The notes below the pieces were generated by a model. It was not told the origin of the DNA and searched no databases. It was given only the letters and a program-made list of their open reading frames with translations. From positions 1 through 64,000 of the IMG/VR virus record IMGVR_UViG_3300045922_000293: a stretch of 64,000 nucleotides of DNA; one strand, written 5' to 3'. The DNA is from a virus. Made by a program: the position numbers and the translations under genes. Positions within the stretch are counted from its first letter, which is position 1; the number at the start of each line of letters is the position of its first letter. This document shows, piece after piece, positions 57,790 through 64,000 of this stretch.

Positions 57790-58236
57790 ATGCCTATTTT
57801 TAAGTTTGATTGCCCTGAATGTGGGTTGACGTTTGAAAAATTGGTTCAAAACCGCAACATAAAAGAGATGGAGTGTATTCATTGTGCTTTCACTGCTCAA
57901 AAGCGCCTTAGCGCGTTCAATTCACAGTTTGCGGACGCTAAAAATGCATCACGCGGATTCTCAGGTGTTTATGATCTTGATGTCAATTTAGACAAAAATT
58001 TAGGGCGTGATGCACAAAACCGCTGGGAGATCATTAAGAATCGTGAGTCTCAAAAAGATCGTATGCATGCATCCGTTGCGCAGCAAACAGGGGTGAAAGA
58101 CGCTAGGGTGGCGCTCAAGCGTGATCTTGATTTGAAGGAGCCCGTGTATGAACCCATGACCCGTCAAGAGGTTCTGACGAACGTGAAGTTAAGGCGTGAG
58201 GCCCGGGCTTATGAAGCGGAAATGAAAAAGGGTTAG
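57790..58236 (+). CDS. FmdB-family zinc-ribbon protein
   Basis: MPIFKFDCPECGLTFE...CIHC...KRLS. Confidence 0.8.
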   Translation: MPIFKFDCPECGLTFEKLVQNRNIKEMECIHCAFTAQKRLSAFNSQFADAKNASRGFSGVYDLDVNLDKNLGRDAQNRWEIIKNRESQKDRMHASVAQQTGVKDARVALKRDLDLKEPVYEPMTRQEVLTNVKLRREARAYEAEMKKG

Positions 58237-58293
58237 AGTTTTTATGTGAGGGGATGTGTGCTCCTACCTTTCACATCTATCTAAAAACAAGGT

Positions 58294-59238
58294 ATGTTTT
58301 ATCCTATGTATCAAAAGCCTGTGAGCGTGCAGAAGAGCTTATCCGTTATATCTGTAGAGTCTACCGCGTTTGATGTGCTGGCTAGTGAGGGTCGTATTGC
58401 CTCGGAAAGATTAACCTCGCAGATGCTTTATCCTAATATGCCTCTCATCGTGATCTGTGAGGAGAACGGGCAGAAGCATTCTTTACTGGCCATTGCGCTG
58501 AAAGAAGAAGATAAGGAAAAGCGTACAATTACGGTACATAAGGTGTCACATGGCAAAGACGGCGGGAGTGTTAACGGGATCAAACCCCGTAATAAAGAGC
58601 AGAGCTTGTTATTAGCTCTGCTCCAAATGATGCATGTGCGAGTGCTTGTCGTCACAGGTCCGGCGGGTACGGGTAAGAGCTTGTGTATTGCAGCGCATGC
58701 TTTTGAGGTGATCAGTAAGACCAAAGATATGAAGTTGGTCTTGACGAAGCCCTTAGAGATCGTGACGGGGACGCGTTTTTGGGGTACCATGCCCGGAAAT
58801 GCAGATGAGAAGTTTGAGCCTTTTCTTAAATCTTTTTCAGTTCTCTTTGAGTCCATCTCGCCAAGGGGTGCGAGTACCCGTGAATATGTGGATGGATTGT
58901 TAAAGAGCAAGCGCATCGAATTCTATCCCTTAGAAGTGATGCGCGGGGTGTCTCACCGAAATAGTTATGTGTGGTATGATGAAGCGCAAAACATGGATTG
59001 TCATGAAATGCTTACATTAGGATCACGCATTGATGATGTGGGACAGAGCCGTCTTGTTTTATCAGGTGATTTGTATCAACAGGATCGTCATATCGCCCGT
59101 CCTGAAACAGGCTTGCACCACCTTGTGACCTCAAAGCATTTCTTGGAGTCCCCTCACACGGCACACATGGATCTCAATAAGATTGAGCGGGGCGTCGTGT
59201 GTCAGCTATTCCATGATATCTTCAGTGGTCTCGCCTAG
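58294..59238 (+). CDS. phoH: PhoH-like ATPase
   Basis: PRNKEQ, GPAGTGKS, MRGVS, DEAQN and GDLYQQD. Confidence 0.9.
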   Translation: MFYPMYQKPVSVQKSLSVISVESTAFDVLASEGRIASERLTSQMLYPNMPLIVICEENGQKHSLLAIALKEEDKEKRTITVHKVSHGKDGGSVNGIKPRNKEQSLLLALLQMMHVRVLVVTGPAGTGKSLCIAAHAFEVISKTKDMKLVLTKPLEIVTGTRFWGTMPGNADEKFEPFLKSFSVLFESISPRGASTREYVDGLLKSKRIEFYPLEVMRGVSHRNSYVWYDEAQNMDCHEMLTLGSRIDDVGQSRLVLSGDLYQQDRHIARPETGLHHLVTSKHFLESPHTAHMDLNKIERGVVCQLFHDIFSGLA

Positions 59239-59272
59239 ACATGATCCGATCTTAGATCGTCTTTCGCGAAAT

Positions 59273-59282
59273 TCCTTTTAAT
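59273..59282 (+). promoter_or_regulatory. candidate late promoter motif variant (TCCTTTTAAT)
   Basis: Intergenic, upstream of the sheath gene; the leader also has small hairpins such as CTTTGCCATACGGCAAAG. Confidence 0.45.
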
Positions 59283-59407
59283 ACCCCACCGTGTTTAAAG
59301 CCTTCGTGTAAGAAGGTCTTTTTATCAAGCCGCTATCTTTGCCATACGGCAAAGAATCCGGATATGATTTTAAAAGTGAATAGATAAAAGCGAAGGACTT
59401 GACGCCC

Positions 59408-62400
59408 ATGAGTATTTTCCCTACCTATGCTCCTCCCGGTGTATACACACAGACGCGCGCACAGCAAGATGCGAGTGGCCCTCCCAATGGCCTCCGTCTC
59501 CCCGTGTTTATCGGTACGGGCAAAGAGACGTTGCGTCGCGTCAACCTAGAGCTGATTAGGGGTTCTTCTGTACAAGCGGATCAGCGCATTAATCGTGAGT
59601 CTGTCGCGGAGCGCGCTATTATAGCACAGACGGGCGAGACCACTTTCGTGCTAGGTGCGTTTGATGGTGTCACGAATCGTATTCAGGTTTTGAATTTTCC
59701 GATTACGAATGGGAGCGGCCAGGGCCTTCCGAGCAATAATGTGGCGGATGTGGTTGTGACGGTGAACGGCATCCCCGTCCGTCCCGCCGGAATGCGCGGC
59801 GCGTTAGGTGTGATCACGCTTCAAATTCCCCCGTTGCCCGGTGATGATGTGCGCGTGACGTACTCGTTCAAGCGCACGGACACCCTCATCACAGATGATC
59901 TCAGTGCTCAGGTCACCACCCAACCCGCTCGATTGTTTGGTGCTTTGCCTGAACCTTATACGATTGTATCAGGCGTCAATGACACCCTGATTTTGATCGT
60001 TGATGGTGTGACACATACCCGCACCTTACCTGCTGTGACGGGTATCACGGCTTCGGATCTTGCGGTACAAATCAATGGCTTGCTTATCCCCGGTTTGACG
60101 GTGTTTGCGGATACTGATAATAGGGGTCAGGGCCGTCTTGTGTTCGAGGCAGCGCAGGGGATCCTTATCGGGGCGGGAACCGCAAACGGGGTGCTAGGAT
60201 TCATCACGGGACAGCGTACAAGGCGCAATCAGGTATTCTTCACGAATCAGGGGCCGATTGTGGATGGTCGTAACGGCGGCATCACGACGACGGACCCAAC
60301 AGATGTGAGCGTGCGCGTGGACAACGTGCCTGTCATTCCCCTTGCGGTGGATGGGACAAACTACTCAGTCACGTTGCCCTTTGCACCAGCGCCGGGGGCT
60401 CGGGTTGAAATCACCTATTTCTTTAATGCTTGGCAAGACACGTTTGACTACCTTCCTGATACGGGAGTCACGAATGTGCTTCAGGTGGGAAACATCCCCG
60501 ACAAGCGCGATTATCGTGAAGAGCTTGATTATGTGGTCCTAAATGATCGCATCCTATGGGGTGCCGCGACGAATATCATGTCGGGTGTGAACACGGGGGG
60601 CACGGATCCTTTCGGATCGGAGCAGATCTCAACGCTTCTGATCGATAACCGTATGTATCTAGAGCGCGCGACAAGATTTGTGGATCGTTCCGTAAGCCCC
60701 GCCCGCGAGTCGAATACGACGTTTATTCTTGAAAATATTCCCACGCTAGGTAATGGGCGGGATACGCCACTGAATCTTGACGTCTTTCATGCGGTCGCCA
60801 ACGATCGTATTCAGGTGCCCTCAAATCGAACGGATTTGATTCAAGTCTTTACAGGCCCCAACTTATCGAGTGCTCTGCTTGAAGGCCCGAGAAGCGTTGT
60901 GCGTGTTACGGCGACAAATCGTAGGGTGACATTAGCGGAGCCAATCCCACCTGATCATTTCATTTGGGTGTCTTATTACTATAATCGTCTGCGTGATGAT
61001 CGTTATACGCTAGAGGTGCAGACGCAGACTTCGGGTCTTATTCCGGGCCAGTACACGGTCACGTCACGACTCCAGGGTCAACGCTTGTATGATGTGCGTT
61101 TTGGTACGACAACTTCTAGCGTGCCGATTGCATGGCCCTCCGGTGTTGAGACGGATCCTGACGGGTTCATTGTAGGAGGTCAGGGGCGTAATGAAACCGT
61201 GACGGTCACATTTACGCAGATTCCTGCCACCCCCGCAATTCTCACGAATACGTCAACGGGGCCTTATGACCTGTATGCGACTTTATCAGATCGGCTTTAT
61301 ATCAATGTATCAGGGACGCCGACTACAACGAATTTGAATCAGCCCGCTCCGGGCACCCTTGTGAGCGGCGCGCATCCTTCTGCAACATTGTTCACCTTTA
61401 CCCCTTCAAATAACGTCTTCTCTTTTGAGCTGGATGGGGTGGTGTTCAATGCGAATATTCCCGCAGGTGTGTACACGGGTCCGCAGATTGTTGAGCGTAT
61501 GAATCGCGCCGCGTTGCCCTTATCTACCGTGACGGCGGGCATTGCACAGCCTTATGATATTATCTCACAGGTGCAAGGCACGAATGCCGCGCCGTTTGAT
61601 ATCTTCTCGCAGATCACGGGGTCACAAGTTGGGCCGTTCAATATCTTCGCAGCGGTGCAAGGTACGAACGCGGGGCCTTTTGATATCTTTGCAGAGATTC
61701 TTGGGACGAATGTGGGGCCTTTTGATACGTTCGCGACGCTGACCACGCCTAGCTCCGAGCCTTTTGATACCACACTCGGCAATCATGTTTTTGATCTTAC
61801 GGTCAACGGTGTCCCTGTAAGCGTCAACCTCACGGTGGGCGCGGCAGAGACGGCGGCTACCCTGATCGCGGATATTACCGCCGAGCTGACGCTTCAAGGC
61901 TTAAATGTCGGGCCTTTGACCTTCCCCACTACAAATGATGTGGAGGTCTTGAATCAGGCGGGTGCAATTGAAATACGCGCAACAGATTCAGTGGTCATCG
62001 GCGCAGGTACGGCGAACACACCTTTTGGTTTTGTAGGCGGCGAGACGAGTAACGCTGTGGTGAATTTTGACGTTGAAATTAACGGCACAGGTGTGAATGC
62101 GATTCTACAGGGAGCGGCGGCTGTGCCAACATCAGCGGTGATTACCGCGTTGAGCGCAGCGGCGACCGCAGCGGCATTCAATGTGGGCCCACTCAATGTA
62201 TTGACAAATGATGTGGTGTTTGAAAACATTGCGGGGGCGGTGCGTATCCGATCAACCAACACCGTCGAGATCGGATTGCAGACGATCACTAACACCCTTC
62301 TCGGCTTTGCAGACGCAGATCTTGACCGAGCGGATAATGCACTTGAGTTCAATATTGATGTAAACGCCGCCCCCATCGCTGTCCCTGTAACATTGCGAGG

Positions 62401-64000
62401 TGGTATCGCGATCCCCACAAGCCGTATCGCGGAAGATGTCAATGATGCGATTGCGTTAGCGGGCCTGACTCAGGGACCATTGACGACACTCACGAATCAA
62501 GCCCATGCTCTTGTGGGCCCGGGGCAAACGCTACGCATTGAAGTGAAAGAGTCGATCACTGTGCTTGCGGAGACTGCAAACGGTGCGCTTGGTCTAGTGC
62601 CCGCTACGATCACCGCCCCGAATGTGTTTGACTTCACTGTCAATACCATTCCTGTCACAGCCTCTTTACTTGGGAATGCGGCGGGCCGTCATGTTCCCGC
62701 TGCAAATATTGCGACAGCACTGAACGCTGCCGCAGCTTTGGCGGGTGTGACCGTGGGCGTGCTTACGGTCCCCGGTAATGATTTTGATGCGGCGGTGTTA
62801 GCGGCTTCTATTCTACAGCTTCAGGCCACGCAGAATATCACGATCGGCGCGGGGACCGCTAACCCCGTATTAGGCTTTACCAATCTCGCTACAGCATCCT
62901 CCCCCAATACGTTTGACCTTGAAGTGAACGGCACCCCCGTCACGGTCTTGTTTAACGGGGGGAGGGGTATTGCTGCGTCACAGATTCAAACCGAGATCGA
63001 GGCTGCTTTGATCAGCTCTTTGATTGTGGTAGGGGACGTGAGTGTGAGTGGTAATGAGGCGGATGTGAGTGTTCAGAACGGGCGTGTCCGTATCAGGGCG
63101 AGGGACTCTGTTGAGGTGCTTGCAGGGAATGCCAACCCTGTGTTAGGATTTGCAGACAACACGGCGGTCACCACCTCAGATCAGCTCACCTTTATCATGA
63201 ATGGTGTCCCCGTCAACGTCACATTAAATCGTCTTGCGAATCAAAGTGCCCTCTCTATTGCTGCCCAGATCAATGCTCAAGCGGTCGTGGCAGGTCTCAA
63301 TGTGGGCCCAATCACGACACCGGGATTTGAGGCGCAGGCGGTGAGCGTCAACGGGCGTCTACAGGTGCAAGCGTATCAGGATCTTGAGGTAGTTGCGGCG
63401 TCAGCGAACGGGATTTTTGGTCTTGTGCCTAGTGTGCTGCCCTCCAATGTGGAATTTGCAAAATATCGATCGGGCCTCAATACGGATCGATTCTTGATCC
63501 GATCCCGTGTACTCCCCACCAATCCCTCACAGGTAAGCCGTATCCGTATCCTGAGCGGAACCGCAAATGCAACGCTTCTGTTTACCCCGTTTGCGGATGC
63601 CACGGGAACAGAGCGCGCGGTCAACAAGCCCGCTACGGTGATTGGTACGAATGTGACTCCTTTGCAAATTCAGAATCTTGCACTTCAAAATCCTGTCTTG
63701 CGTGTACGCTTGCAGGGGTCTGAATTTCAAGTCACGGGCTTTACGCTTGTCACGAACTTAGCGGATGTGGCCAACGTCATCAACACCGTGATCGCAGGGG
63801 CGGGCAGTGTGACAGTGGAGGGTCAGCGTTTGCGTGTGACCAGTGCGGTGGATACCCCCGACAGCCTTGTGGAGATCGTGCCTGCTCCCGCCAATAGTTT
63901 CTTAGGATTTACGGGAACGGAGCGCGGGGTGTTGCGACGAGTCGCCGCATCAGAAGTGGCAGCGGTCCTCAATTGGCAGTCTTTAGACTGGCTCGCGCCC
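59408..64000 (+). CDS. giant tail sheath protein, truncated by the window end (more than 1531 aa)
   Basis: ATG 59408 gives MSIFPTYAPPGVYTQ...LPVFIGTG, the usual sheath N-terminus. The segments I translated stay in this frame to the window end, and absence from the ORF track is consistent with no stop codon. Confidence 0.82.
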   Translation, partial: MSIFPTYAPPGVYTQTRAQQDASGPPNGLRLPVFIGTGKETLRRVNLELIRGSSVQADQRINRESVAERAIIAQTGETTFVLGAFDGVTNRIQVLNFPITNGSGQGLPSNNVADVVVTVNGIPVRPAGMRGALGVITLQIPPLPGDDVRVTYSFKRTDTLITDDLSAQVTTQPARLFGALPEPYTIVSGVNDTLILIVDGVTHTRTLPAVTGITASDLAVQINGLLIPGLTVFADTDNRGQGRLVFEAAQGILIGAGTANGVLGFITGQRTRRNQVFFTNQGPIVDGRNGGITTTDPTDVSVRVDNVPVIPLAVDGTNYSVTLPFAPAPGARVEITYFFNAWQDTFDYLPDTGVTNVLQVGNIPDKRDYREELDYVVLNDRILWGAATNIMSGVNTGGTDPFGSEQISTLLIDNRMYLERATRFVDRSVSPARESNTTFILENIPTLGNGRDTPLNLDVFHAVANDRIQVPSNRTDLIQVFTGPNLSSALLEGPRSVVRVTATNRRVTLAEPIPPDHFIWVSYYYNRLRDDRYTLEVQTQTSGLIPGQYTVTSRLQGQRLYDVRFGTTTSSVPIAWPSGVETDPDGFIVGGQGRNETVTVTFTQIPATPAILTNTSTGPYDLYATLSDRLYINVSGTPTTTNLNQPAPGTLVSGAHPSATLFTFTPSNNVFSFELDGVVFNANIPAGVYTGPQIVERMNRAALPLSTVTAGIAQPYDIISQVQGTNAAPFDIFSQITGSQVGPFNIFAAVQGTNAGPFDIFAEILGTNVGPFDTFATLTTPSSEPFDTTLGNHVFDLTVNGVPVSVNLTVGAAETAATLIADITAELTLQGLNVGPLTFPTTNDVEVLNQAGAIEIRATDSVVIGAGTANTPFGFVGGETSNAVVNFDVEINGTGVNAILQGAAAVPTSAVITALSAAATAAAFNVGPLNVLTNDVVFENIAGAVRIRSTNTVEIGLQTITNTLLGFADADLDRADNALEFNIDVNAAPIAVPVTLRGGIAIPTSRIAEDVNDAIALAGLTQGPLTTLTNQAHALVGPGQTLRIEVKESITVLAETANGALGLVPATITAPNVFDFTVNTIPVTASLLGNAAGRHVPAANIATALNAAAALAGVTVGVLTVPGNDFDAAVLAASILQLQATQNITIGAGTANPVLGFTNLATASSPNTFDLEVNGTPVTVLFNGGRGIAASQIQTEIEAALISSLIVVGDVSVSGNEADVSVQNGRVRIRARDSVEVLAGNANPVLGFADNTAVTTSDQLTFIMNGVPVNVTLNRLANQSALSIAAQINAQAVVAGLNVGPITTPGFEAQAVSVNGRLQVQAYQDLEVVAASANGIFGLVPSVLPSNVEFAKYRSGLNTDRFLIRSRVLPTNPSQVSRIRILSGTANATLLFTPFADATGTERAVNKPATVIGTNVTPLQIQNLALQNPVLRVRLQGSEFQVTGFTLVTNLADVANVINTVIAGAGSVTVEGQRLRVTSAVDTPDSLVEIVPAPANSFLGFTGTERGVLRRVAASEVAAVLNWQSLDWLAP
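61523..61771 (+). repeat. degenerate 42-nt (14-aa) coding repeat, six copies, inside the sheath gene
   Basis: P[YF][DN] codons start at 61550, 61592, 61634, 61676, 61718 and 61760. Confidence 0.9.

Noticed and set aside
56679-62946. 28-nt repeat pair as the template and variable repeats of a diversity-generating retroelement
   Set aside because: Too short, no adenine-specific mismatch pattern, and no reverse transcriptase in the window.
4048-63730. Numerous minus-strand ORFs such as 4048-4812, 18222-18881 and 48768-49454
   Set aside because: They lie antisense to well-supported plus-strand genes and show no motifs; only the Dps-like ORF occupies its own space.
1-64000. Stop-codon reassignment as seen in some large phages
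   Set aside because: Genes are full length and densely packed under the standard code, and TAA, TAG and TGA all end recognisable genes.

Overview
The window is a 64 kb, almost entirely plus-strand segment of a large tailed (myovirus-like, probably jumbo) bacteriophage read in the standard genetic code. From 1 to about 21.4 kb is a recombination, replication and transcription block: a frameshifted DNA methyltransferase, RecD2-like helicase, gp32-like SSB, RuvC, RecA, a DarB-like methyltransferase-SNF2 fusion, an Mre11/Rad50 system whose Rad50 is split over separate genes, a PD-(D/E)XK nuclease, beta-clamp, primase core, DnaX, a NusG-like factor and a sigma-region-4-like protein. From about 21.4 kb to the end is a morphogenesis block: terminase, portal, prohead protease, scaffold, major capsid, neck proteins, a second SNF2 helicase, an actin-like ATPase, PhoH, and a tail sheath of more than 1531 aa that runs off the window and is absent from the ORF track. 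The main discovery is a probable head-tail adaptor encoded as two genes in reversed order, apparently joined by an atypically split intein with Ser at both splice positions (IntC plus C-extein at 45750-46376 lies upstream of N-extein plus a 34-aa IntN at 46418-47188). Other notable signals are a six-deep nested domain architecture in the sheath, a recurring A[A/T]CTTTT[A/T]AT candidate late promoter, and a recurring K/R-x-A motif in probable head proteins. All calls come from reading motifs by eye; no database searches were run.
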